Shown here in pieces: positions 40,571 to 53,726 of a DNA stretch of 64,000 bases. The DNA comes from Octopus sinensis. Taxonomy: Eukaryota. Location of the stretch: positions 172,546,001 to 172,610,000 of the forward strand of contig NC_042997.1 in assembly GCF_006345805.1 (NCBI RefSeq), given 5' to 3'. Every line of letters begins with the position of its first letter. Positions within the stretch are counted from its first letter, which is position 1. Both the position numbers and the translations under genes were made by a program. The notes under the pieces were generated by a model that saw only the letters and a list, made by a program, of their open reading frames with translations, had not been told where the DNA came from and searched no databases.

Positions 40571-40707
40571 ATTGACAAAGCAACTAGTTAAGATTACAGT
40601 AGGTTCTTCAAAACTTATTCAGTCACAGCTCCACTGAATATTTTACATGTGTATCCAGAGCACTTTAGCTTGAAAACATTAAACTTAACAGTATGGGTTT
40701 ATGTACC

Positions 40708-40941
40708 TATTTCTTTACTGCCCACAAGGGGCTAAACACAGAGAGGACAAACAAGGACAGACAAACGGATTAAGTCAATTACATCGACCCCAGTGCGTAA
40801 CTGGTACTTAATTTATCGACCCTGAAAGGATGAAATGCAAAGTTGACCTTGGCAGAATTTGAACTCAGAACGTAACGGCAGATAAAATACCGCTAAGCAT
40901 TTCGCCCGGCATGCTAACGTTTCTACCAGTTCGCCGCCTTT
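40708..40941 (-). mobile_element. Young SINE of the same family with 25-bp TSD
   Basis: acttaacagtatgggtttatgtacc is duplicated at 40683-40707 and 40942-40966. Confidence 0.88.
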
Positions 40942-41231
40942 ACTTAACAGTATGGGTTTATGTACCAGTTACAGTATTTTGTAACACAGCTTTTATCTAA
41001 GTCTGTTGTATCTGTTCTCAGTAGAATAATCTGGGTTATGTGAAAGTTTGTTCCAAATACATGTGCATTCCAGTGATAGAATACAAACTGCTGTCTGCTC
41101 TAACTGTTGTCTGCTACTACTATTACTACATCATCATCATGATCATTCATTTAATGTCCATTTTCCATCCATTCATATTTTTAACTTATTCCACAGAAAT
41201 TGTTAATCAAAGTATTATTTTGTTTCTTCAG

Positions 41232-41412
41232 ACTGGCTATAAAGAACAAACAAATGGTGAACAGCATGATGGCAACAAATGTGATGGTAAAGCTGGCCTC
41301 GAGAGGTCAGAGCGTGCAAAGACCTCCCCTACACGCACTGTAGGCAGGAAACGCAAAAATGGCCTTCCTGCTAGTACAAATGGTGAAGACAGCGAGAAGA
41401 GTAATGATGCTG
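41232..41412 (+). CDS. EZH2: E(z)/EZH2 exon: disordered linker (TGYKEQTNGEQHDG...ERAKTSPTRTVGRKRKNGLP...SNDA)
   Basis: cttcag acceptor, gtacag donor, 181 nt, phase 0-1, bridging the flanking exons. ERAKTSP..GRKR resembles human ERIKTPPKRPGGRRR. Confidence 0.85.
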
Positions 41413-43583
41413 GTACAGTAGTTTCTTAAATAACTGATGATAGTTCTAAAGTTGTCTTATTACTGCAGTTATATCTCATAAGGGAGTCAGTCTGTAAACA
41501 TTTTAGAGGTTCTTTAATCTTCCATTCTTACTTTTTTCTTGTTATTTTTTATACATTAGCTCTGTGGTTAAGGTGCTTGCTTCCTAATTATGTGGTCTTG
41601 GATTCAGTCCTGCTGCACATCACCTTGAGCTAGCATCCTTTACTATTGCCTTGAGCCAACTAAAGCCTTGTAAGTGGATTTGGTAAAGGCGAAACTGAAA
41701 GAAGCCTGTCACACACATACACACACGTGTGTGTTTGACCGTATGTGCCCTTGTCTGGGCATTACATGATGGTTGCAAATGAGCAGCAAGTTGTTACTCA
41801 TCTTTTGTGAAAAACACGTCTGATCACAGGAAAATATCACCTTGATTGGAGACAGGGTTTGGCAAAAGAACATTTAACTCATTCTCAACTAACACTTATC
41901 ATTTTAAAAAAAAAAGGATGCATCAGATTTAGTTTATCTGAATCATCATCATCATTGTTTAATGTCAGCTTTCCATACTAGCATGGGTTGGACTATTTGA
42001 CTGAGGACTGGCAAACCAGATGGCTGCACCAGGCTCCAATTTGATCTGGCAGAGTTTCGTCAGGTGGTACTGGCAATGGCCACGCTTAAATAAAAGACAT
42101 AAAAAGCATAATGGTTGTGACTACTGTGATCATAGATCTGTTCTGTTATGGCTGATGTGGAGCTAAACATCATCAATCAGTTGATGAAATGGCTGTTGAA
42201 TTTTCTTGTAAATAATACATTGGGCTGACCATATCCTTAGTGGATATGGTAGGCAAAAACTGAAAGGAGCCTCTTGTACATGTGTGTACGTTGGTGTCTC
42301 TTTGTCTTGACATCATGAGATAGTTGTAAATGAGTGTCACTGTCATAAAAGCAGTGTCATTTCTAGTGTTCTGCAAGAATGTACCTTGCAATAGGGAAAC
42401 ATTACCTTGGAAACAGGTGAGTGTTGGTGTCAGGAAGGGCATTTAGCCATAGAAAACCTGCCCCAGTGAACTGCCTAACAGAAGCAAGCATGGAAAAATG
42501 AACGTTAAAATGATAGTGATGATGATGACTGAATTGTTTTCTGTTGCCTTTTTGGGGTGGTCACAAAATCTAATGATACTTCCAGATGTAGTATTTATTC
42601 CCTGACAGCAAGGTAAACTGAAGTTTTTGGAATTAAGTGTCCAACATGGAGACACAATGAAATGGCTGCAGCAGACTATTTGGAAATTCATTGGTTCTAA
42701 CTGGGGAAACATACAGACCTAGGTGTTTCTATGCATGTGTGTAGTTGTTGTTGTTGTTGTTAAGCAACAAGATGGGTAAGGGTGATTAGGTGATGGTCTG
42801 GGGCTTAGGGGCGGGAGACCCCAGACCTTGGAAAAAAAAATTTTGGTTATCTTGTTGTAGTCGAGGGCTCTTCATTGATGCCTGACACCACTGGGAGGTG
42901 GCCCTCGAAGTCGCTGGAAATGGAGATCTCCAGGTCCAAATTCTTAAACGGCTGCATGTGTGTATGGACTGGGGTGGGGGTGGGGGTGTCAGTGGTCTTA
43001 AGCTGTAAAGTAACGCCATTATCAAAATACATACCATAGTTATTCTAGGTTTAGAATATATTGCAAAGTGTCTTGTTTGATCTCTCTCTCTCTCTCACAC
43101 ACAAGCTCAGTGTCTGATTAGCATTTAAAGGCCTGTATCCAATGATCTCATTAGTTACAAGTTGCAGTACAAAGTAATTAACAGTGTATCTGTTGTGCCT
43201 GCACCTGTATTAAGTTTAACTTCTTAACTATATGATAAGCATTGTAAAAATAATCTGATCACAGATTCCTTGCTTCTTTTAAATTATAAACACACACACA
43301 CACATGTATATACTGTATTTTCCGGTTTACAAGTTGATGGAGTATATTCTGTAGACATGTAGCATAAACATTCGAACATGACTACCATCCTTCCAAATCC
43401 TGTTGCATTTCACTTGGAAGTTTTGGTAGCTAAAGTTTGACTTTTATGCCAGAAAATATGGTCTAAGGTGATTCTGTGGTTAAAAAATTAAAATGTGTTG
43501 TTTTTGTAAATTGTCATACAATTTGTAAGTTTTGTTTTATTATTGTTGTTTATTTATTTTTATTTTATTATTACTATTTCTAG

Positions 43584-43732
43584 ATTCTGAAATAATGTTC
43601 CCAGTTCGCAAGAAGCCAACCAGTGATGAATGGAGCGGGGCAGAAGAGTCCCTGTTCCGAGTTCTCCATGATGTCTACCGCAATAATTACTGTGTAGTTG
43701 CTAAACTGATAAGCTCCAAGAACTGTATGCAG
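43584..43732 (+). CDS. EZH2: E(z)/EZH2 exon: SANT2 (DSEIMFPVRKKPTSDEWSGAEESLFRVLHDVYRNNYCVVAKLISSKNCMQ)
   Basis: ttctag acceptor, gtatgg donor, phase 1-0. Matches human EWSGAEASMFRVL..YYDNFCAIARLIGTKTCRQ. Confidence 0.95.
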
Positions 43733-44230
43733 GTATGGCTTATGCATGGTTCTAATTGAAAATTTTGCTAATGCTATGTTTTCGAGTAAATGCCTTGCTG
43801 TGTTTTATCTTTTTATCTTTTATCTTGTTTCAGTCATTTGACTGCGGCCATGCTGGAGCACCGCCTTTAGTCGAGCAAATCAGCCCCGGGACTTATTCTT
43901 TGTAAGCCCAGTACTTATTCTATCGGTCTCTTTTGCCGAACCGCTAAGTGACGGTTTAGTCATTTTCCTTTACATTCTGTGTTCAGTTCCTGCCACAGTC
44001 TAGGTTCAGTAAGATAAATATCCTTCATCATTATCTACTTCTTTCATGCTGATATGAATCAGACAAGAATTGTTAAGGCTATTATTTTTAGATGGAGAAA
44101 ATGCCTTTTATCTTTATGAAGTTGATGAAATATGTACTTGTCAGTTTGGTTCAATTTAATTCACTGTCTCTCTTTATTAAAATCTTCATCATAAGTTAAT
44201 AATAATAATAATAATAATAATTTTTGTTTT

Positions 44231-44703
44231 TGTTGTGCTGGCAGAATTTTACCTGCTCCACCCTTATTGCAGCCTGTATTTGTTCCGTGTACTTCTCAAG
44301 ATTTTTACTCACTGTTCCCAGGGCTCCAACAATTATTGGTACTACTACCACCTTTTTCATCGACCACAACTGCTTAACCCCCGAAGCTAACCTGTCATAT
44401 CTATCGACTTTTCTTTCTTCCTTATCACACACCTTGTTGTCAGCTGGGCATGCTATATCTATGGTCCAGCATCGTTTGCTTTCTTTCTCAGTTAACACCA
44501 TGTCTGGTTTCTCTGTCTCATGGTTGCATTGAATCATAAAATCCCATGGGATCTTTGCATTATCATTTTCGATGATGCCTTCAGGTTTATGTTCATTCCA
44601 CTTTTTTACTCTGTCAAGTCCATACTTGTTGCAAAGTGTCCAATGGACAATCATTGCTATATTGTCATGACATCTCTTTTATTCTTTCTGGGCTAGTGGT
44701 GTA
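44231..44703 (-). mobile_element. Second R4/Dong-like RLE fragment
   Basis: ORF 44196-44654 (KPDMV..IDIACP..PIIVGALG) is homologous to 18840-19290; next to (TAA)n at 44197-44220. Confidence 0.88.
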
Positions 44704-44734
44704 TCATTGTCGATGCCGCTGCTACCGTTGTTGA

Positions 44735-45765
44735 GGCAAGCTGGCAGAATTGTTAGCATGCTGGATAAAATACTTTGTGGCTTTTCTTTTAGCTTTACAT
44801 TCTGAGTTCAAATCCTGTTGACATTACTTTTCATCCTTTCAGGGTTAATAAAATAAGTACCAGTCAAACTGTTGATGTAACTGACTTCCCCGCTTCCCTT
44901 GCAGATTTCAGGCCTTGTGGCTACAGTAGAAAGGATCATTATCAATAATATTAGAATTGGACAAAATGCTTTGTGGCATTTCATCTGTCTTTATTTTTCT
45001 GAGTTGAAGTTCCCCCAAGGTTGACTTAGCATTTCATTCTTTTGGGGTTGATAAAATAAATACCAGCTGAGTATTGGGGTTGGTGTAATTGACTTAACCC
45101 TCCCCCAAAGTTACTGGCTAAAATTTGAAACCATTATTATTATCATCATCAAGGTGGCGAGCTGGCAGGATTGTCACTATGCCAGGTGAAATGCTTAGTG
45201 GTATTTCGTCTGCTGCTACGTTCTGAGTTCAAATTCTGCCAAGGTCAACTTTGCCTTTCATCCTTTCGGGGTCGATTAAATAAGTACCAGTTATGCACTT
45301 GGGTCGATATAATCGACTTAATCCGTTTGTCTGTCCTTGTTTGTCATCTCTGTGTTTTGCCCCTTGTGGGTAGTAAAGAAATAGGTATTTCGTCTGTCTT
45401 CACATTCTGCTGAGGTCAATTTTGCCTTTCATACTTTTGGGGTTAATAAATTAAGTACCCGTGGAAGACTGAGGTTGATGTAATTGACTAGCCCTCTCTT
45501 CACCAAATTTCCGGCCTTGTGTCTTTTATAAAAAGGATTATTATTATTTTTCATTTATTTAAAGGCAGTGAGCTGGCAGAATCATTAGCACTCTGGATGA
45601 AATGCTGCTAAGCATTTCACCCGTTGCTATGTTCTGAGTTCAAGTTCCGCCAAGATTGACTTTGCCTTTCATCCTTTCAGGGTTGAGAAAATAAGTACCA
45701 GTTGAACACTGGGGTTGATGTAATCAACTCCCCCACTCCTAGCTGCCCTTGTGGCAAAAATTTTA
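44735..45765 (+). repeat. Head-to-tail cluster of the same SINE family, ending about 50 nt before an exon
   Basis: Repeated gctggcagaa..ttctgagttcaaat..tttcatcctttc units. Confidence 0.8.
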
Positions 45766-45813
45766 CATTTATTTCATCATCACCAGTTGTGAAGTAACCA
45801 TCTTTTTCTTTAG

Positions 45814-45908
45814 GTTTATCAGTTTGCTATTAAAGAAACTGCCCACATTCCTGATCTGAAAGAGGACCGTACTCAAACTCCACCCAGAAAAAAGAAAAAG
45901 AAAAACAG
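45814..45908 (+). CDS. EZH2: E(z)/EZH2 exon: end of SANT2 and basic patch (VYQFAIKETAHIPDLKEDRTQTPPRKKKKKNR)
   Basis: ctttag acceptor, gtaagt donor, 95 nt, phase 0-2. TPPRKKK corresponds to the human CDK site T487 and the NLS/RNA-binding patch. Confidence 0.95.
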
Positions 45909-47826
45909 GTAAGTCCATTTTCTATTACCTAGATAGAGCCACTTCACCTTCGAAAAATTTAAGGCAGATTAGAATTTCTAAATGAAAGTGGCTAATAGTT
46001 TTTCTTTTTTTTTTTTTTTTAACTCCAGCCATCTAAGTTCTAATCCAACTAAACTAGACACTAAATTTAGAATATTCTCTAAAATTACTTTGTACTTAAG
46101 TTGACACAGTAATCTTTTTAGTATTTAATAATATCTTTAGAATATAAATAACATTTAATATTGAATTAGTTATAACATTTAGCGGAAACATCCATTCCAT
46201 TAACATTTGTATTTTCATAGCTTAAATTGCTATAAAATCAGTTATATGTGATGGTGAAGATACACATACATACTTTTAGTGTGTAGATGTTTTAATTATT
46301 TTCAAGAAAATAAAAATGAATGCTTATTTTATATTCCAACCGTTTAACAAGTAGCATCATAAACTGTCTGTAATTCTTCCCACGTAAAATGATCTTTTAT
46401 TGTAATGTCCAAATAAGAACTGTTGTTGGCTTTCTTATCAGTAATTCTCATATTGCTTTACTTCCTAGTATAATTATCCAGAACTGAAATAATGTCTGGT
46501 CATAATTGCTGACCAAACAAAGAATCACAGACAGATCGTGACATTTATTTATTCACTAGCAATCTGTTCAAGTTTTTTTTTTTTTTTTTTTTTTTTTTTT
46601 GGTTTCTTATCGAAAACTGATGGTGGAAAGAAATAGAATTTCCTGTAGTTTATTTTTGTCAACTGAATATTTGACAGTTGAAGTTACTCAAACACGGTGG
46701 AAATTATAAGCATTATGATTATATGACGAACTAGCTAGGCAAAAAAAAAAACAATTATGTGTGTGCTTGTGATAGTGAATTACAACAAAAAGTGAGTGCT
46801 CTCGACATTTAGTCATTTCAGTTTAATGCCAAAAAAGAAAGAAAGAAAGAATGGAAAAAAACCTGAAAATTAGCAGTTCTAACCAGATTGTCATGTTTTT
46901 CTGTTGAAATATTTTCTACTATTATCTTAGAAAAGTCTTTTGTGAAGACATAATTTGTTAATGTAATATTCTTCCTACTATTGACACACGAATGAAATTT
47001 AATTGCAAGAAGTAATCATGGTTTCGGGTTCAGTCCCACTGCGTGGCACTTTGGGTAGGTGTCTTCCACTATAGCCCCGAGCCGACCGGAGCTTTGTGAT
47101 TGAATTCGGTAGGTGGAAGTTACTGCCGTGTGTGTATGTGTGCGTATAGCTGCTCAGTGCCTCTCCGAAAGAGAGAGAGAGGGAATGAGAAGAGTTGTTT
47201 TTGTAGGGAAATTGCTTAGAGAAAACAGTTGTGCGTTCGTGGTAATATTTTTGAAAGGCGGCAAGCTGGCAGAAACATTAGCACGCCAGGCGAAATGCTT
47301 TGTGGTATTTCGGCTGCCACAGCGTTCTGAGTTTAAATTCCACTGACGTTGACTTCACCTTTCATCCTTTCGGGGTCGATAAATTAAGTACTAATGACGC
47401 ACTGGGATCGGTGTAATTGACTTAATCCATTTGTCTGTGCTTGTTTGTCCCCTCTATGTTTAGCCCCTTGTGGGTAGTAAAGAAATAAGTAATAATTATG
47501 AAAAATTTAGTCTCAAAATAACTCCTCAGACATACTTTGTTGTACTGGTGATACCACTTATATATGTTGAGTTACTAGACATGCAGTTAAAAGGTAAATA
47601 TTGTTAGGATTCTAGCAAATATCTAAACCTAAAACCTCCACTTGATTTATGATAGTTTTAAGGAATTTGTGAACAAAAGAAAAGTAGTATGATGTGTGTG
47701 TGTGTGAAAACTCCAATTAGTGACAAAGTGAATCAGTGGCTTCCAACATATGATAAGGGTGGCTTGTTAGCAATTTTTCAACCGAAAGGCAAAACATATA
47801 TATGTCACTAAAGCGAGTGAGGACAC

Positions 47827-47994
47827 TATTCAGCACCAGTATTGCTAGAAATAAGAGTCAAAACAACATATAGTCACAATAACACCCCATCTTACTTACT
47901 GACAAGTGAGGCCTCCTTTGTCAGTAAATACGACTGCATTATTGTGGCTATGAGTTGTTTTGACTTTTATTTCTAGCAATGTTGGTGATGAATA
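47827..47994. repeat. Long inverted repeat / hairpin
   Basis: About 56-bp outer arms plus inner ttactgacaa/ttgtcagtaa stem. Confidence 0.9.
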
Positions 47995-48079
47995 TATATA
48001 TATATATTGCATTGGTCTGCTTCAGTTAGTGAAATCAGAGTCGTTTCTAAGCTAAAGCCATCAGTCATCTATATGTGCT

Positions 48080-48303
48080 TTAACCCTTTAGTGTTAAGAG
48101 TACTCTGTCAAAAGTAATGCTTATTTATTCACATTGTTTTGAATTAATCATGCATTATCTTATATCTTTGAGATCTTGATGATGTGATTATTTTTAGAAT
48201 AACATTCTAGAGTATGTGTGAGAGCCTGGATCTGGTCAGTCTGAACATATAACAGATGGAATATTTTGGCCAGATATTACCAGTTTAAATGCTAATGAGT
48301 TAA
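48080..48303. mobile_element. piggyBac-like MITE, second family
   Basis: TTAA-CCCTTTAG ends; related copies at 52401-52625 (inverted) and about 7326-7481. Confidence 0.7.
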
Positions 48304-50455
48304 CTTTGTGTATGTGCCTGAGTGGTTCTGAAGTTTACTTTGTGAACACATAGTTTTGGGATTGATCCCACTGCAGTAGCTTATCTCAAGATTGACCAAT
48401 GCTTTGAGAGCGAATTTGATACACAGAAACTGTCAAACCCTTTCTTTCGCTAATGTAAATCTGCAAAAGAAGTAAAAGTTAGGATTAGTTATGATAAAAA
48501 CACTTGCAAGCTATACACCGTATGATATCTTTTAACTTTTACTGGTTTCAGTCATTGGACTGTGGCCATGCTGGGGCATCACCTTGAAATGTATTTAGTC
48601 TAACAAATTGCCCCCTGTACTGATTTTTAAAGTTTAGTACTAATTCTGTCAGTCTCTTTTACTGAACTGTCAAGTTATGGGGATATAATGAACCAACACC
48701 TGTTATCAAGTGGTGGTTGGGGGCGGGGGAAGCTCAAACATACATACACATATACACATGCACACGTCATTCTAGAATTCAGAGACAACACTGAAAGTTA
48801 CGTTTCATATACAAATATGTCTACATAAACAATGCAGTCAAAGATTGAAAAAAATAGGTAATGTGTGTATATAGATATTTCATGAGTATTGTTCTTTTAT
48901 CAGCACCACTAGTAATTTATATATACACACACACATATTATACAAACCTGAAACTTACATATTAAATGATTTCAATATACACACACATACATACGGAGTT
49001 TCCGTCTACCAAATTCGTTCACAAGGCATCAATCAGCCTGGGTCTATAGTAGAAGCCACTTGCTCAAAATGCCATATAGTGAAACTGAACCCAAAACTCG
49101 TGTTTGCAGAGTGAGCTTCTTAACCGCATAGCCATGCCTCTATAAAGAAAACAAGTGATCCCAGTGAGTGAAGCTGAGGAGTGGATTAAATAATAACCTC
49201 ATTGAATATTAGAAAACACTAATCACGATAGTAAATATAACATTAATTCATCAGTAAATTCTTTCCTAGATTTATTTCATAGAAATTGTTTTACAACATA
49301 ATTACATATATATATATATAATGTCAAATATTTAGTTTAAAATCTATTGTTTATCAATTTTCTTACATGATTGTTTATATATTTTGAATTATAAAAGAAT
49401 GTTGATAATTTGTTCTGTAAAATATTTTCCCTCTGTACTGAAATTTGCAAGAAAAGAACGAGCAAATCTATGATATTTATATATTTAAAACAACCCACAA
49501 AGAAGCCTTTAAACCAACTCTGGTGGGCCTTCTTAGCCAGTTGATGTTTAAAAAATCCTATTATATATTTTTATAACTAAATATTATTAGGAATTGTAAA
49601 AAGAAAAATATTTTTGATATATTCTGTGCAGTATAGATGTCTCTCCAATTTATTACACATAAATGTTAACTACAAAATCTCATATGGAACCCATGGATCA
49701 TGTGGACTCTGTTTAGGACCACTGCTGTTGATGATCACTTGGTTTCAAAAGAGCTCTCAAATTACATCACATCACATCATCATCTCAACCTTTTCGATAC
49801 CAACCCAGCTGAAACCACATCCGGCTCTGTAGTACAAATGTCTTGCTTTCAAAAGTTCTGAATTATAATCTCCTTCCAAACCTTAGTCACAATTTATGTT
49901 CCTAACATCAGCTTAATGATAACTAAGTTACTTTACTAAATTCTTTGTTACATTTAAAATTAATTGAAAGAAACATCATCATCGTTTAATGTCCGCTTTC
50001 CATGCTGGCATGGGTTGGACGGTTTGACTGAGGACTGGCGAGCCAGATGGCTGCACCAGGCTCCAATCCGATGATAGAGAGGATATTTTCAAATTCTCCT
50101 TTAACCTGAAACCTCTTGCAAATTTGCTCAGAGGCAAAATCATTTACTTTTTTGATATTGTGCATGTTTCAAACTATTGGTATTTGTTTGTTTCTATGTC
50201 GTACATATTTATGTGCCCGTCTGTCTATATTGTACTAACTATTGTAATAATAATAACAATCATTGTATGCCTTAAGGTGCTTGCATGTTTGTCTGTATTC
50301 TACCTTGCTCTTTGCTTTGATCCACTTAATCCATCATCCAATATCTTCTTTCCATCTGTGATATATTGTGATATGCTTTGAAACAACCTATTTTTTCTGT
50401 GTGTGTGTACATATATACATACACACATATATGCATACATACATACATACATACA

Positions 50456-50492
<37 letters not shown>

Positions 50493-50619
50493 ATACACAT
50501 GCGTGTGATGTAAGGGTCAGGGTCCTTTCTAGCCAAAGCTGCATTCTTAGCCATTGTGTGAAAGGAAACACCTTTAAAATGTATTTATCTTCATATACTT
50601 ACATATATATATGTGCGTA

Positions 50620-50650
<31 letters not shown>

Positions 50651-52400
50651 AGAGAGAGAGAGATGTGATGGGGTCACAAGGTTGAATTTAATCGTTTTTA
50701 TTTACGGTTTTTCTTATTCCCTTATTATTCTCTTACATTCAGCTTGAAGCTGTTATGTTCCCAATTTCATTATTTCAAAAATTTCTTAGCTTTATCTTCT
50801 AAGAAAATGATAATGCTGGTTTCATTTTTACCACATTTTGTAATAGGAAGCAAGGGATTATGGGAGTGATGCTGTAACTGAGAAAATCTGATTATATTCA
50901 TGGTTTTATATCACATGTCTTTATAGCCATGTGTTTTTTGTTTTGTATTTTGCTATTATAAAATTTTTGCCTAATTAATGTTCAACCATTGTTTGTTCTG
51001 CCTAGTTTTGTTCCATGTTTTATATTATGATATACTGCAATTGCTCCTTGTTGTATTGTAAATGGATGGTCAATCAACAAGAGTGTTGAATTTGCGTGTT
51101 GTTTAATAAGGAAATATGAAAGATCTCCAATAATTAAAAAAAAAAAGATTAATTTCAAACACATTTGTGTCTTCAATAAAACTTGTTTGAAAGAAAAGCT
51201 CTCTCTTACATTAACAAATACATATATACAACAAACATACATACATGCATGTGTATATATGTATGTACACATATGCACAAAAGCATATATACATTCATAT
51301 CCGTCCTTCCTTGTTTATCTTGCCTGTACTGCTGTTGCCTCTTTCGCTGTCATCACTTGTCATTGTTGTTCTGTTCTGCATGGCATTGCTTTGTCATTGT
51401 GTTTTCCACCTGTATATGTACAATGTCAACAGTTCCTTATTCTATTGATTGCATAATTTGCCTTCCCTCTGTTTTACTTAATCTATTCATATAAACCATT
51501 CCCAAACAGCTGGGTTTCTCTGGCTTGTTCTGAGTGTTCTAGTTGACAAGGATACTGTGTGTGTGTGTGTCTGTGTGAGTGTGTAAAATTTATAACTCAT
51601 ATTTCATTATTCTAAAAGTTGTCTTATGAAGTAAAACAATTAGACTATTCCTCTGTCCTTTTAGTTAATAAATATCTTCAGGTATGACATTAGCTTCTAG
51701 AATTGCAAGGCCCTAACATACAGATGTTATGCCCATCTCAATCGCAAGGTTCTTCATATGATCCTACTGGGTTGCACCTTGGGCAAATGTCCTCTATCGG
51801 AGACTTTGACCAAATGAAGTTTTGTGCATAGATAGAAACTATAAAAGCCCATCAGATGGACTGTACCTGTCAATTAAAAGCCCATCCATTCTTATCATAC
51901 TAATTCTTTGTGAGAATTATATGAGAGATGAGTGATTTTGGAATACTCGACCACTATGGTTCAATGAGTAGTTAATTCTCTTCATTGAACAAGTGGAGCC
52001 CTCATTTGTTTTTGGTACCAGAGTAAATGATTTAGAATGAGTAATTGTATTCTACGAAATCCAGAGTTCAAACATTTCCAGGTTTATTTGTTTTTATCTC
52101 TCCAAAGTATGATAAAATAATACATCAATCATGTATTGATATATATATATATAACAAAAGACAAAGACAGATGTAGGAACGACAAGTAGGTGTATTAGTG
52201 GCATGCTCACCAATTTATTATATCCTTCCTTTCTGGTAATCTGCTACTTGTGCCAATGTAGAAAAAGCCATTATTGGTGCAGAAGTAAAGTAGATACTTT
52301 ATTATATGCTAGTCTGGTGCTTTATTCTTTTGAATTCTGGGGCTGGACCTAGTGATGAGTTTCATCCTTAAGGTTAGTCAAGTAGCTCATTGAGGTAGGC

Positions 52401-52625
52401 TTAACCCTTTGGCATTTAAACCAGCCACATCCAGCCTAAATATTCTACCTGTTTTATGTTCATATTGACTAGACTCAGCCTCTCCCATCTACCCTACAAT
52501 GTCATCCTAAAAGTAAAGCATATCTTCAAAATTCCAAAGCTACATGATAATGCACAAGTAATTCCAAACTATGTGCATAAACAAGAATTTTATCAGACAG
52601 AATAATTTGAATACTAAAGAGTTAA
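52401..52625. mobile_element. piggyBac-like MITE, second family
   Basis: ttaaccctttggcatttaaa ... tgaatactaaagagttaa. Confidence 0.7.
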
Positions 52626-52777
52626 TTAACTGTACTCCCTCACCAGTTACAAAAAATATCAATATTGTTATTGTTATAATTGAAACACGAAGGGTGAACA
52701 TTGGTTTCATCTTTTCAGAGCCTTGAAAATAAGTACTATGCACATGCCTTAGAAGATGTGTAGCTTAGGGATTAGGG

Positions 52778-53022
52778 CAGTGTTTCTCAACCATATTTTA
52801 CATATGGACCCTTTTGTTCCCTATTTCACACTGGTGTCCCCCCATCCACCCACCTGTCCATTGCCCTTTGATGTTCAGAAAATCTTATATGTTTATAATT
52901 AAATATTAGAAATTGGATAAACAAAATTGTCAAAATATTTTGTGTATTGTAGAAATATAGCAAATTTATTGCAATTGAATATTAACGACAAAATTCTATG
53001 GACCCCCAGTTGAGAAACACTG
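52778..53022. mobile_element. hAT-like MITE
   Basis: Perfect 14-bp TIR CAGTGTTTCTCAAC with 8-bp TSD gattaggg/gattagag. Confidence 0.85.
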
Positions 53023-53644
53023 GATTAGAGTGTTGCTCTCACAATCACAAGTTAGTGGTTTCGATTTCCAGACCAAGCTGTGCATTGTGTTCTTTGAGCA
53101 AAAACAAAAATTTGTTTCATGTTGCTCCAGCCCACTCAGCTGTAAATGGGTAACCCTGCAACAGACTTGCATCCCATTCAGGAGTAATGTTTTGGCCTCA
53201 GTCATATGCCATGGAGACTGAGTAACCAACCCTAGGAGCCCTTAGGACTTGAGAGAGTTCTTTCACATAGCGTAGCCAAGCAAAATCAATCATTCCCTTT
53301 CCCCAACAAAAATTTCTGGTTTTGTGCCAAAGTCAGGCAATACTATTGTTGTGTGTTTGTGTGATATTTGGGTATTATCTTATTAACTCATATAGTGTTT
53401 TCTTAATGGCAAATTATGTCAGTCTTGAATTTGGAGATGTTCCATGCTGGTTGCTGCATGCATATAACTATACTAAATGCAAAGCGTGTGTGTTGCTTTG
53501 TGGAGCCATGTGTGTGGAAGAAGTAGAATCTGTGTTTGCAAGCTTCCTGCATACCTCGGCATGCTGGCTGCCCCGCCAAACAACCATCCACTCAACTGCC
53601 AGGATCTCACATCCCAACTTCTCCTTCACTCCTCTTGGCTCCAG

Positions 53645-53726
53645 ACGATCTTCAACCTGGAGACTGATCTTGACTTTTTTTTTTTTCTGGAGGAAAGTGA
53701 TTGAGAGTTGCACCTGGTGGCAGTGA
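53645..53726 (+). other. Candidate poison or alternative terminal exon of E(z); end given is the in-frame stop (AATAAA follows at 53753)
   Basis: Strong pyrimidine tract cccaacttctccttcactcctcttggctccag, branch-like ctcac at 53606. A phase-2 join gives RRSSTWRLILTFFFFWRKVIESCTWWQ-TGA. Confidence 0.4.
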
